Positions 1 to 11,482 of a stretch of DNA of 64,000 nucleotides are shown piece by piece. Source of the DNA: TPA_inf: Saccharomyces. Taxonomy: Eukaryota. How positions within the stretch are numbered: the first letter of the stretch is position 1; every line of letters begins with the position of its first letter. The position numbers and the translations under genes are program-made. Below the pieces are notes generated by a model. The model saw nothing but the letters and a program-made list of their open reading frames with translations, had not been told where the DNA came from and searched no databases. Location: positions 1-64,000 of the forward strand of contig BK006946.2 in the NCBI GenBank assembly GCA_000146045.2, read 5' to 3'.

Positions 1-52
1 CCACACACACACCACACCCACACCACACCCACACCCACACCCACACCCACAC
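1..52. repeat. TEL13L: Terminal telomeric repeat tract (C1-3A on + strand, i.e. TG1-3 on the 3' strand), chromosome end
   Basis: Sequence begins ccacacacaccacacccacaccacacccacacccacaccc..., the irregular C1-3A repeat characteristic of yeast telomeres. It is followed by a Y' element. Confidence 0.9.
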
Positions 53-460
53 TTTTCACATCTATCTTTACTCTCGCTGTCACTCCTTACCCGGCTTTCT
101 GACCGAAATTAAAAAAAAAAAATGAAAATGAAACCCTGTTCTTTAGCCCTACAGCACTTCTACATAGCCCTAAATAGCCCTAAATAGCCCTCATGTACGT
201 CTCCTCCAAGCCCTGTTGTCTCTTACCCGGATGTTCAACCAAAAGCTACTTACTACCTTTATTTTATGTTTACTTTTTATAGATTGTCTTTTTATCCTAC
301 TCTTTCCCACTTGTCTCTCGCTACTGCCGTGCAACAAACACTAAATCAAAACAGTGAAATACTACTACATCAAAACGCATATTCCCTAGAAAAAAAAATT
401 TCTTACAATATACTATACTACACAATACATAATCACTGACTTTCGTAACAACAATTTCCT

Positions 461-3400
461 TCACTCTCCAACTTCTCTGCTCGAATCTCTACATAGTAAT
501 ATTATATCAAATCTACCGTCTGGAACATCATCGCTATCCAGCTCTTTGTGAACCGCTACCATCAGCATGTACAGCGGTACCCTCGTGTTATCTGCAGCGA
601 GAACTTCAACGTTTGCCAAATCAACCCAATGTGGTAACAACCACACCTCCGAAATCTGCTCCAAAAGATATTCCAGTTTCTGCCGAAATGTTTTATTGTA
701 GAACAGCCCTATCAGCATCGACAGGAATGCCGTCCAATGCGGCACTTTAGATGGGGTAACTCCCAGCGCAAGCTGATCTCGCAAGTGCATTCCTAGACTT
801 AATTCATATCTGCTCCTCAACTGTCGATGATGCCTGCTAAACTGCAGCTTGACGTACTGCGGACCCTGCAGTCCAGCGCTCGTCATGGAACGCAAACGCT
901 GAAAAACTCCAACTTTCTCGAGCGCTTCCACAAAGACCGTATCGTCTTTTGCCTCCCATTCTTCCCGGCACTTTTTTTCGTCCCAGTTCAAAAAGTACTG
1001 CAGCACCTCTGTCTTCGATTCACGCAAGTTGCTCCATACTTTATAATACAACTCTTTGATCTGCCTTCCAGACATGCGGAAAACTTGGCTCCCTTGCTTG
1101 CCTCTTGTCGAATCCAATACACTAATTGTTTCTCTTCTTCTAGTAATGGCCAGGTACCAAGCATAATTTCTCTGTATCTGAGAGTAGATCTCTCCCCTTT
1201 TTACGCTAAAAAATTTCAAATACCCTACAGGGTCCCCATGATATGGCTCGATGTCTTCCAAGTATTCTTTGTATTCCTCGTCATTTCGCAGCATTCTCTC
1301 CACAGCTAGTGCTTCCCAAGCCATCCTCCGATACGATACTTTCTGGCCAGCCCAACAGACACAGAGCTCGAACATCTTTTGACAGCCCTTGCATAATCCG
1401 TATTGTGTGAATACTCCCTCTGGGCAGAAGTATATGTCAATACCATAGAGGAAAAGATGTTTAATTTCGTCAGACCGAAATCCAAGAAACTGTAAGACAT
1501 TCATATTCTCGGAAGTATTGGGAAATTGTGCTTTCAGTTTCTTTCTCTCTAGCAAAACCATTTGACTCCCTTTCCGCTTATACGACTCTTTGTTAATGTC
1601 GGTGACTGGATGGAATCTATTATCCTCAGCATTGCCATCTTTATTGGCGTCCTCCTTGGCACTAGCGTTGGTACTTTCAGTGGTAGTGGCATTAGTGCTG
1701 GAGTTGGTGCTAGCAGTGGTAGTGGCATTAGTGCTGGAGTTGGTGCTAGCAGTGGTAGTAGCACTAGTGTTGGAGTCGGTACTTTCGGTGGTAGTAGCAC
1801 TAGTGTTGGAGTCGGTACTTTCGGTGGTAGTAGCACTAGTGTTGGAGTTGGTACTTTCAGTGGTAGTCGCACTAGTCCTGACGTTGATGCTGGCAGTGGT
1901 AGTAGCACTAGTCCTGACGTTGGTGCTGGCAGTGGTAGTAGCATTAGTGCTGGAGTTGGTACTTTCAGTGGTAGTCGCACTAGTCCTGACGTTGATGCTG
2001 GCAGTGGTAGTAGCACTAGTCCTGACGTTGGTGCTGGCAGTGGTAGTAGCATTAGTGCTGGAGTTGGTAGTCGCATTGGTACTGGCATTAGCACTACCAT
2101 GAATGCACGTGTCGCTGTCCTCATCACTGCTGCAATACTTTCTGCACCTGTCACTGCTATTGCTCTCCTGGAAGCTAGACGGTAACGCAACGATCGACAT
2201 GGAAGCTGTCGCCTGTTTTTCAGCCAATCTGTCCATTCTTTCTATCAGTTCCACTGTGTCAGCAGACAGGTCTGTCCTGGAGCCACAGCATCCAACATGC
2301 TGGCCCTTTTTTCCTTTCTTTGATTCAAGTCCATAGAACTCGCGTACCTGTTCGGTTATACAGCCTTCCTTAATTGGTGGTAATTCACCCTTACGATTCC
2401 TTGCCGCCCAACTGTTTTTTCTAGATAATAGATAACAGAGGCCCCCATCTCTTAGTCTCCCTACGCCTTGAATGAGCTCAATAATATTAAGTCTATTATC
2501 AAGCATGATCACCATCATCAATTGCTTAATGTCAATTCCTTCAGTCACTAATTTCGTTCCGATGAGAACTCGCATGCTACCGTCAGTGACAAACTCCTTT
2601 GTGCGAGACACCTTTTCTGCAGCACCCAGCTTCCCGTGTATCCATACCACCCTAAAATACTTTCTCCAAGAGCAGGCCAATTCTTCCACTTCGTTGGTTG
2701 TGCTTGCAACTACAATGGCCTTCGACTCTGGTTCAATTTCAAAGAGGGCTAAAAGAAGCTTCAGTGCTTCTTCGGGCTGTGATTCCACTTTCTTCCAAAT
2801 TTTATGAACATGCCCTAAAGGCACCTCGGATTTCTCCTTGATTAGATTAAACATCCGTGTTGGATAGCTGGATAGACCTCTGCTGAGATCTTCCGACCGT
2901 TTGAGCTCGTTGATGTCCATCGACTTCTTGGCCAGTCCCGTAAGCCCAATACGCTGCAACGCAGCATCAGCTACAGCCTCAGGTGCTGTGCCGCTCAAAA
3001 AGATTGCTTTCTCAAAAGCGTCAAAATCAAGGTTAGTTATGCCCCCAAATTGCGACTGCCGGTAGACCTCCGTTTCAAAGTTGTGAAACTCATCTACAAT
3101 GAGGTAACCCAATTTTACGTTGTTGGTCCTAAAGGTGCACTCAACAATATTCTCCCACGCAGCTATCCTGTCTGTGAAATTAGTGCTAGCAAGATCATCG
3201 TAGATCCCCACGTATAAATCAGTAACGCCATCGCAACCTTCTTCAATAAAGTTTCTTACAGGGGCCACATTCAAGCAACCGCATCGGCTCAACCTGATCA
3301 TGCAATTAGCAAGCAACACTGTGTACGGTACAAACAGAAACGACACATATTTCACGTCGCCCTTAGACGCCAGTGCTATCAAGGGGAGATGAAATAACTC

Positions 3401-4684
3401 CGTCTTACCATAGCCCGGTGGGGCCTGTACTGCCACAGAGGGTGTGTCTGCCATGTATATTTCATGACATAAGCGCAACTGATGCAAGTCCCTGAATTCA
3501 AAGGAGCTGCCAAAGAGTTTCTGGCCTGCGACGAGGATATCGTTTGTACTCTTGGGCTCTCGGGGCCTTTTTCGCGTTACTCTTGAAATTTTTTGATGAT
3601 GATCTGAACTCGCCGCCTCACCTGCCACTACGTCTTCCGCATTCCGAGTACTAGAGAATGAACAATGGTAGTCGCTTTCAAGGCCTAACCATTGAATCCA
3701 GCGCTCGGAAGTGAGTCCGTCAAGCGTCTTTAGTCGAGGCTCCGATGAACTGTTCTTGTTGTATCGTCGACGTATACGTTGCGCTGTAGCTCTGGATAAC
3801 GGTAAGCGTATCACCGTAAGCTCGTCAATTATTTTTGAGAGCCGCGGTCATTTTGTTAGTATCTCTTCTCAACTTGGGCAGCACACATGCAAAACATCAC
3901 CCAATCGGTCCTTTTTGTTCATCATATCGTTACATATCTGTGAAAAGTACTTTATCTCAATGGGTTTACGTGGGCATAGATCACGCTTCAGCCGCTCTGT
4001 GTCGACTTTCTTTTCGCCAGGTAAACTTGCTTGGTATGCAGAAAAAATCGATAGCTCATCTACGTGTAGTAACAAAAACATGTGGGGTGCCAAATTGTAC
4101 CCATATCTCCTTATGGTGCTTTTCTGAAGACTCCTTACAATAGGTGCGCCAGAAACAAAGTCAGTGAAAGTACGCATCGTAGAGCTGTCGTTCGGCCTGG
4201 CACTCGCTATTTCGTGACAACGTTCCAGGACACGGAAACTCAACTCATTATAGTATCCTCTGTTGAGGTAAAAAAGAGAAAGGGTATCGTAATCCTTTCT
4301 ATTGAATTTCAAAGTATGCACTTGAAACAACGTGTAGACCATCAAGTTGATTTTCTTGGGAATAAGATACTTTGAAGGGATTGGTCCGCCCTGGAAATCT
4401 GGTTCGTCTTCAACAAACGTCAGGAACTTTTGTACATTTTTCCCGACCATGACGGAAACGACAATTTTTTCAAAAGACCTTTTCCTATCCATTGCACCAG
4501 TTCTGAATTTTACCACTTTGATTAGGCCAGACTTTTCGTCTTCGTAGAATGACCGCACTTCCGTGGGGATCGATTCAAATAAAGTTATTGAGGGACAATG
4601 TACCAAGTCGTTTTTGTTATTTAGAGCCGACTCAAACTCGTCAAAGTTTGCTTTTTCAAACTTACGCCTATCGGAAACTTTCAT
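461..4684 (-). CDS. YML133C: Y'-Help1 family DNA helicase, spliced: join(3891..4684, 461..3791) on the minus strand, about 1374 aa
   Basis: Two adjacent minus-strand ORFs (3869..4684 and 461..3814) are joined by a 99-nt intron. The joined reading frame is continuous (exon 1 leaves 2 nt, exon 2 starts at a third codon position). Helicase motif I (PPGYGKTE) and motif II (LIVDEFHNF) are visible in the translation, as is the Ser/Thr-rich [12 protein letters not shown] repeat region. Confidence 0.85.
1655..2086. repeat. Tandem array of about 11-12 copies of a 36-nt unit (tggtagtRgcaYtagtSctg...) inside the Y' helicase ORF, encoding a 12-aa Ser/Thr/Ala-rich repeat
   Basis: Direct reading gives units at 1691-1726, 1727-1762, 1763-1798 and so on to 2051-2086, with point differences between units. 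The array is open in all three plus frames and in the minus frame, so the ORF track shows 170-213 aa ORFs on both strands here. Confidence 0.9.
3792..3890 (-). other. YML133C: Intron of YML133C (99 nt): 5'SS GCATGT (non-canonical), branchpoint TACTAAC, 3'SS AG
   Basis: Minus-strand GCATGT at 3890..3885, TACTAAC at 3861..3855 (plus-strand gttagta), and AG at 3793..3792. Only this junction preserves the frame between the two ORFs. No GTATGT, GTAAGT or GTACGT is present in the interval. Confidence 0.65.
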
Positions 4685-5536
4685 TTTATTTTTGTAAGTT
4701 TCGAAATTAACAATAGTATGTTGATTGTTATGCTTTTTGACAAGAAATCCATCAATATAAACAAAAGATTGTCCAGTTTCCGTCTTATCATCATCTAAGA
4801 ATGTAATAATTAAGCTACTCTATTGAGAAGAAGCAGAATCTGCGCTATGCAGGTGCAAATCTCCAGCAGCAGCAAAGAAAATTCAGTTAATAAGAAATCT
4901 CACTAAGATAAGCGACTGTCTGTCCCAACATAGAAAACAGAAGGATGTCTCATTCATCCTTGATTTCCGGCCTGCAAAAATAAAGTAGTCGGTACGTACG
5001 TTCGTTTTCAATTTCCATGGTGCACAGTATCTTAACTATCTGCTTAGTCGAGGAGAACCAGGATTCTGTTCGTTGCTCAGCCGCTTCGTGGATATTCTCT
5101 TGGATACTTTAAATATGGACCTACGCTTAGCCTGCGCTTAGCCTACAACTTCTTCCGCTCTCGAAAAGACCAATATAATAGAAAGTTATAAATTACATTT
5201 CCTTATTAGGTATACGACCTCGCGCTTCGAAGTAGAGGAGCCCTTTTTGGCGTACCTACATATGGCGCGTCAGACAGACAAACTTCCCCCAAAAATGTAT
5301 TACCCTGCCGAATAAGAAAACAGACCCATTCACCCACGACGTATCAAGTTACTTCCTTGGTGCAATGTCCCACTATAAAAAAATTCCTTGACGCTAGATC
5401 GTTGGACTAAAATCTGCGTCACAATCGCCTAAACAGGAAATATTGCCTATTTTCGTACAAGGTTACTTCCTAGATGCTATATGTCCCTACGGCCTTGTCT
5501 AACACCATCCAGCATGCAATACAGTGACATATATAT

Positions 5537-5590
5537 ACACCCACACCCACACACCACACCCACACCCACACACCACACCCACACACCCTA
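5537..5590. repeat. Interstitial telomeric repeat (C1-3A) at the Y'/X junction
   Basis: cacccacacccacacaccacacccacacccacacaccacacccacacaccc lies between the Y' proximal end and the X element. Confidence 0.85.
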
Positions 5591-6344
5591 ACACAATCCT
5601 AACAGTACCCTATTCTAACCCTGATGAACCTGTCTCCAAACCTACCCTCCATTACCCTACCTCCCCACTCGTTACCCTGTCTCATTCAACCATACCACTC
5701 CCAACCACCATCCATCATCTCTCTACTTACCACTAACCACCGTCCACCATAACCGTTACCCTCCAATTACCCATATCCAACTCCACTACCACTTACCCTA
5801 CTATTACCCTACCATCCACCATGTCCTACTCACTGTACTGTTGTTCTACCCTCCATATTGAAACGTTAACAAATGATCGTAAATAATACATACATACTTA
5901 CCCTACCACTCTATACCACCACTACCACCACCGCCACTTGCCACACTCACCTTCACTTCTACTGATATGTCATACGCACACGGATGCTACAGTATATACC
6001 ATCTCAAACTTACCCTACTTTCATATTCCACACCATGGCCCCATTCTCACTAAATCAGTACCAAATGCACTCACATCATTATTCACGGCACTTGCCTCAG
6101 CGGTCTATACCCTGTGCCATTTACGCATAACTCCCACGATTATCCACATTTTAATATCTATATCTCATTCGGCGGCCCCAAGTATTGTATAACAGCTCTT
6201 AATACATACGTTATACCACTTTTACACCGTATACTAACCACTCAATTTATATACACTTATGCCAATATTACAAAAAAATCACCACTAAAATCACCTAAAC
6301 ATAAAAATATTCTATCCTTCAACCATAATACATAAACACACTTA
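5591..6344. repeat. X element: subtelomeric repeats with TTAGGG-like (Tbf1) sites, followed by the core X
   Basis: Multiple ccctaa/cctaac motifs at 5587-5640 (the complement of TTAGGG). The AT-rich core carries a perfect ACS at 6296-6306. The proximal boundary is approximate. Confidence 0.7.
6296..6306 (-). promoter_or_regulatory. ARS consensus sequence (perfect 11/11 match WTTTAYRTTTW) in the core X: candidate X-element origin
   Basis: The plus strand reads taaacataaaa, whose complement is TTTTATGTTTA. Confidence 0.6.
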
Positions 6345-7243
6345 ATTGCGTCTTAATACTATCATGGTATCATTAACTTAAAGTTCCTTAATATCGTCAT
6401 ACCACTATGCTCTATTCCATATATTGTAATATAACTGTACTCTATAGTCATACAGACGCTTTTACTTCACCCCATCTTATACTATTGTCATAGAATCTCA
6501 CACTGACGCATGATTAAAACGAATAATTTTTACTGTAAGGGCTGCCATCCGCGCTCTATCCTTTTGTTTGCAATATTTATATACAGAATCTCAAAACAAG
6601 CGGGAGAAGTGCTAATTACCCAGAGGTCATGCATGATCTGAGTACCACCGTACCTCTAGGTTTTGCTTTGATCCGTTTTACAGTGACACCGAACATAAGG
6701 GGAAGCTATTGACATGGTATCGAAAGGTTGTCCACATTGGGAAGTAACTTGGTTCTATGAATCTTCATGTCAGATACGTAGGACAGACTCTTTCCTGTGT
6801 AAATATTTGTGACAGCTACGTCTATTTTCTACTAGATGTTTACACAGTTTTGTCACAGGAAATCTACGCTTAAAATATGTATTTCATTCAAGCGGTAACC
6901 GCTGTACGAGCAGTGACATTGCTGGTCGCACCCTAAATGTGAACCAACGTTACGGCACACCGTGATGTACCCGCATTAAAGTTTTGTAAATTCGTTATTA
7001 CGATTATCGAGTTGGCTAGATAGAAAACCGGAAATGTAATGGATGCCCTTTTCGAATAGCTGAGTTTCTTTGCCTAAAATAGCCCAATATTGTTGCCCTT
7101 TTTCTATCACGAGGTTACTGAGCCATTGCATGAACGCGCGCGCCTCGGCGGCTTTTTTTTTCTGCTGTGCTGTATAAAAGCGAAAAGCCAGAAGTTACTA
7201 TCTCGAATAAAAAACCCCTCGAACTGCCATCTCACTACCGAAA

Positions 7244-8383
7244 ATGAAAGAGAATGAACTTAAAAATGAGAAGAGTGTAGATGTATTATCCTTCAAACAG
7301 CTCGAATCCCAAAAGATTGTTCTACCTCAAGATCTTTTCAGAAGCAGCTTTACCTGGTTTTGTTATGAAATTTACAAGTCCTTAGCGTTTCGCATCTGGA
7401 TGCTATTATGGCTACCACTTAGCGTCTGGTGGAAACTTTCCAACAATTGTATTTACCCACTTATAGTTTCACTTCTGGTCCTGTTTCTGGGACCAATATT
7501 TGTCCTTGTTATTTGTGGACTTTCTCGTAAGCGTTCCTTATCGAAACAACTCATTCAGTTTTGCAAAGAGATTACTGAAAACACACCAAGTTCTGATCCT
7601 CATGATTGGGAAGTTGTTGCAGCAAATCTAAATTCGTACTTATATGAAAATAACGTTTGGAATACTAAGTACTTTTTTTTCAATGCCATGGTCTGTCAAG
7701 AAGCGTTCAGAACAACCCTTCTCGAACCATTTTCTTTGAAAAAAGATAAAGCTGCCAAGGTTAAGTCATTTAAGGATTCCGTCCCTTACATTGAAGAAGC
7801 ATTGGGAGTTTATTTTACAGAAGTTGAAAAACAATGGAAATTGTTTAATACTGAAAAATCATGGAGCCCTGTTGGCCTGGAAGATGCTAAACTTCCCAAG
7901 GAAGCTTACCGATTTAAGCTTACTTGGTTTTTAAAGAGGATTTCCAATATTTTTATGTTGATACCATTCCTTAATTTTTTGTGCTGCATATATGTGTCAC
8001 GGGGAATGTGCCTTCTATTACGCACCTTGTATCTCGGGTGGATTCTTTTCATGTTGGTACAAGGTTTCCAAAATATAAGGGTTTTGATTATGAGCATGGA
8101 ACACAAGATGCAGTTCTTGTCGACTATTATAAATGAGCAAGAAAGTGGTGCGAATGGATGGGACGAAATTGCAAGGAAAATGAATAGGTACTTGTTTGAG
8201 AAAAAAGCCTGGAAGAATGAAGAGTTTTTCTTCGACGGGATTGACTGTGAATGGTTTTTTAACCACTTCTTCTACCGCGTTCTATCTGCGAAGAAATCTA
8301 TGTGGCCTTTACCATTGAATGTGGAACTATGGCCATACATTAAAGAAGCGCAATTATCCCGCAGTGAGGTGCTCTTAGTGTAG
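7244..8383 (+). CDS. COS3: COS (DUP380) family subtelomeric membrane protein, 379 aa
   Basis: The 379-aa ORF has multiple hydrophobic segments and the typical COS-family architecture. It is the first gene after the X element, as on chrXIII-L. Confidence 0.8.
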   Translation: MKENELKNEKSVDVLSFKQLESQKIVLPQDLFRSSFTWFCYEIYKSLAFRIWMLLWLPLSVWWKLSNNCIYPLIVSLLVLFLGPIFVLVICGLSRKRSLSKQLIQFCKEITENTPSSDPHDWEVVAANLNSYLYENNVWNTKYFFFNAMVCQEAFRTTLLEPFSLKKDKAAKVKSFKDSVPYIEEALGVYFTEVEKQWKLFNTEKSWSPVGLEDAKLPKEAYRFKLTWFLKRISNIFMLIPFLNFLCCIYVSRGMCLLLRTLYLGWILFMLVQGFQNIRVLIMSMEHKMQFLSTIINEQESGANGWDEIARKMNRYLFEKKAWKNEEFFFDGIDCEWFFNHFFYRVLSAKKSMWPLPLNVELWPYIKEAQLSRSEVLLV

Positions 8384-10197
8384 AGATAAATACAACTTTT
8401 TCAATTTATATATTTTGTAGTTTGTCAGCTGCGAATAACCAAAACGAGACTACTTTTTACAATTATTTTACTGTATTGATTACAATCCAGCAGTTTCAAA
8501 CGAGGCTTCTGTTGTTAATCAGACAATATGTTGAAAACTTTATGAAATTCTGTATTGCAAACCCCAACAAACGTACCGCCGCTATTCAAAGTTCCAATTA
8601 CATTATGAGTTTTATGGTCTCATTTTGCCACATTGTAAAAATATTTTTTACAGTTCCCACTAGTAATGGATTCCCTCTAAGACAGTACACTGCTGTTCTT
8701 GTCACAAATCCAGCTTTATAATAACGTACTAGAAGATATCATGACTATAGATGTACTTCTTAAAAATCAATACGTAGAAATATTTAGACAAACCATCTGA
8801 AAGCGTTTGTCGAGTTATGAGAGCTTTGTTTTAAAGAATCATTGAGGCATTTTATATTAAATTTGCAGTCCCAGGTAGAGCTTTATAGGAAAATGCGAAT
8901 CCAAAAATTTGTTCACTCTAGAGGGTCTAAGCATGGACACAAGATGGTATCGTCGCTGGAAAGTTTAATGATGTCGTGAGCACGCCTTTTTAAACATATT
9001 TTTATGATTTAAAGTGTATCTATCCTTTCCTACAATGTCCCCGCGCCTCACTTAATCCGAAGGTATTACAGTACACTTGTTATCATACGAAAACTTTTGA
9101 ATCTTCTCATATACCTACTGAACTTACTATAAGAAAAAATCAACTTTTAAATTATTGCTTTAAGATACGCGAGAGAGAAACAGAGTTCGAGTGTAGAAGA
9201 TCACACTTAAAATTTGTATGTAATGCAAAAAACTCTTCAATTATAGTATTCAAAAATAAACTATTTCCTCACTTTGCCTGCTATTTATTCTTGGCAGATC
9301 TTGTACTCATTTCATACACTTTGAATCCTCTAATTTGTGGCATTGCCCCTATTATAACAACTTCGTTCACACTTTGGCCCAAATATTTCTATTACCAGTT
9401 CTGAAAAAAGTTTTATATATTATTTCACAACATTACCAGTCACTTCCATGCGTGCCTTCCCTCTTTGAAGAATTAAATTACTGGCATAAACGAAGAATAT
9501 CATAATTTTACTTGTAACTTCTATACAATTTTTTTTTTTTTGCCTTCTTCATACTTTTACTCCTGCTTTTATTACTCTAAATTTCATTTTTATTTATTCT
9601 CTTCTACCGTGTCAATTGGACAAAAAATTCAAGTTCTGATATCTATGCAGGTCACCCTTTATCAGAAATAAATCTTCAGTCCTCCTTCTTTTAGTCATAT
9701 CTTAGTAGTTACATAACATACATGAAATGTAAGAAAAAATGATAACTGAAGGCCCCCAATTTTCATATCAGGGGTTATGAAAAAGCTTGTTTTTATTAGT
9801 CGTTTGCATACTTGAATTTTTTTTGGTTTACACCAATTTGAAAATTTCAGTCATCATTTTAGCAAATTTATCATGAGAGCGCTTCAGTGCCACCTCTTTA
9901 ATACGGTGGTGATTAACACTTCGCTTTTCAGTTTGGAGAAAATTAATTGTCTCCGCTTTTCGTACTTCTATTTTCCTCTTTCGCTTAATAATAATCTTGG
10001 CGCACATTACGTAATAGCCAAACCCTATTTCTCTCCTCTTTGAACTCGAATTGAAGGAGTTCTTTCGGAATGAAAGAATATAAAAATGAAGGGTTACCTA
10101 CTTAACTTTTTGTTAGCGGCACCTCTTTCATTAAAGGAATCTTCAAATAAAAAAAATAAAGGCATAGGTCTAAGACTAGAAAAGATCGCATAACGAT

Positions 10198-11295
10198 ATG
10201 GTATTGGCTAAACAATGGGTTTTGAAAAACCTACCAACTCCTGGTGAACCATTTAACTTTCATTTTCACGATCCTGCATGTACTTTCGAGCTCATTGAAA
10301 AGGAACTCTCTTCAGAACAATTAAAGGACGGTGAATTACTACTGGAAACAACTTATTTATCTAATGATCCTGCCCAAAAATTTTGGATATCATCAATGGA
10401 CAAAAATTACGCCAAAGGTGTCCAGCCTGGTGAAATTATTCCTGCAAGAGGAATTGGTAAAGTCTTGGCCTCTAGAAATAAAGCATTCTCTCCTGGCGAT
10501 TATGTCTCTGCAGTGACCGGCTGGACTACACATGCCATAATTTCGCAAGAAAATGTTCAAGGGCTGAGAAAGCTTGACAAAAACAAAGTTGGTAAATTAT
10601 GGTGGTATCTCTCTGTCTTAGGTGGTACGTCTTTAACAGCTTATTTTATTTTCTTTACTTATGCTCAATTGCAAGAAAGAGAAGAGGACTATGGAAAAGT
10701 TTACCTAATCTCCGGTGCAGCTGGTGCCGTCGGTACCGTTTGCATTCAGCTGGCCCTAAACGTTTTTAAGGCTTCAAAGGTTATTGCTATCGCAGGTGGA
10801 CCAGAAAAGGTTGCTTTTGTTGAATCCTTTGGTGATAATGTAGTCGGTGTTGATTATAAAGATCCAAGTTTCAAGCAGAAACTTATCGAGGCCGCTGGAG
10901 GTGAGAATACCGTGGATTACTTTATCGATAATGTTGGCAGTAATGTGTTGGAAGCAGGTGTTCTACTTCTAAAGCAAAGGGCTATGTTGATAGCCTGTGG
11001 TGCTATAAGTGCCTATAATGATCCATCTAAATTTGTCTTTAAGGGGTATAGCTTTATTCTGACTAAACGATTGGTCGTTAAAGGAGTACTAGTGACAGAT
11101 AATATTGATGATTTTCCAAAGGCATTAGATAAATTGGGTTCTCTGGTTAAGCATGGTAAGATTGACCTCTTGAAATCCGCTACCCTTGAAGATGGTACCG
11201 GTGATAAGTTCAAGAATGTTCCATTGATATGGAAGGGTCTATTTAGCGGTGTTAATAAAGGTAAACTTATTACCAAGGTTAACAATGAGGAGTGA
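10198..11295 (+). CDS. YML131W: Putative NADPH-dependent zinc-binding (MDR superfamily) dehydrogenase/reductase, 365 aa
   Basis: The translation contains the Rossmann motif ISGAAGAVG. The length and position relative to ERO1 match YML131W. Confidence 0.8.
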   Translation: MVLAKQWVLKNLPTPGEPFNFHFHDPACTFELIEKELSSEQLKDGELLLETTYLSNDPAQKFWISSMDKNYAKGVQPGEIIPARGIGKVLASRNKAFSPGDYVSAVTGWTTHAIISQENVQGLRKLDKNKVGKLWWYLSVLGGTSLTAYFIFFTYAQLQEREEDYGKVYLISGAAGAVGTVCIQLALNVFKASKVIAIAGGPEKVAFVESFGDNVVGVDYKDPSFKQKLIEAAGGENTVDYFIDNVGSNVLEAGVLLLKQRAMLIACGAISAYNDPSKFVFKGYSFILTKRLVVKGVLVTDNIDDFPKALDKLGSLVKHGKIDLLKSATLEDGTGDKFKNVPLIWKGLFSGVNKGKLITKVNNEE

Positions 11296-11482
11296 TTTTA
11301 CACAAAAAGTTTAAGATATGACTATATTATTTTTATTATTGTATCTACTTCGTTTTGGCTCTTATAATTTTTTAGTGGCCTAAATTTTCAAAGGAAAAAT
11401 TTATTGAATATTTTGAATGATATTTAAACTCTATATTTTGAAATCTATACATTGAATACATATAAGATAAACTGTGTTGCTC

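Larger units (their letters stand above)
56..5536 (-). repeat. Subtelomeric Y' element (about 5.5 kb), bounded distally by terminal telomere repeats and proximally by interstitial telomeric repeats
   Basis: Contains the Y'-Help1 helicase ORF with its intron and the characteristic 36-nt repeat array. Flanked by C1-3A tracts at 1-52 and 5537-5590. Confidence 0.85.

Noticed and set aside
827-1309. 160-aa plus-strand ORF inside the Y' helicase coding region, and the 3711..4143 plus-strand ORFs
   Set aside because: They lie antisense to a long, well-supported ORF and have no recognisable motifs. They correspond to the dubious Y'-internal ORFs typical of every Y' copy.
1549-2190. Three overlapping 170-213 aa ORFs on both strands (1549..2190 -, 1562..2185 +, 1590..2102 +)
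   Set aside because: All lie within the 36-nt tandem-repeat array of the Y' helicase gene. The periodicity is a multiple of 3 and the unit lacks stops in these frames, so they are repeat artefacts, not genes.
5524-6335. Short ORFs (70-84 aa) across the internal telomeric repeats and the X element
   Set aside because: Their His/Pro/Thr-rich translations derive from CA-rich repeats (CACCCACAC...), that is, translation of repeat DNA.
9170-9200. Possible tRNA B-box-like sequence (gagttcgagtg)
   Set aside because: It lacks the invariant GGTTCGAnTCC context, and there is no A-box or cloverleaf-compatible flanks. I found no tRNA genes anywhere in the window.
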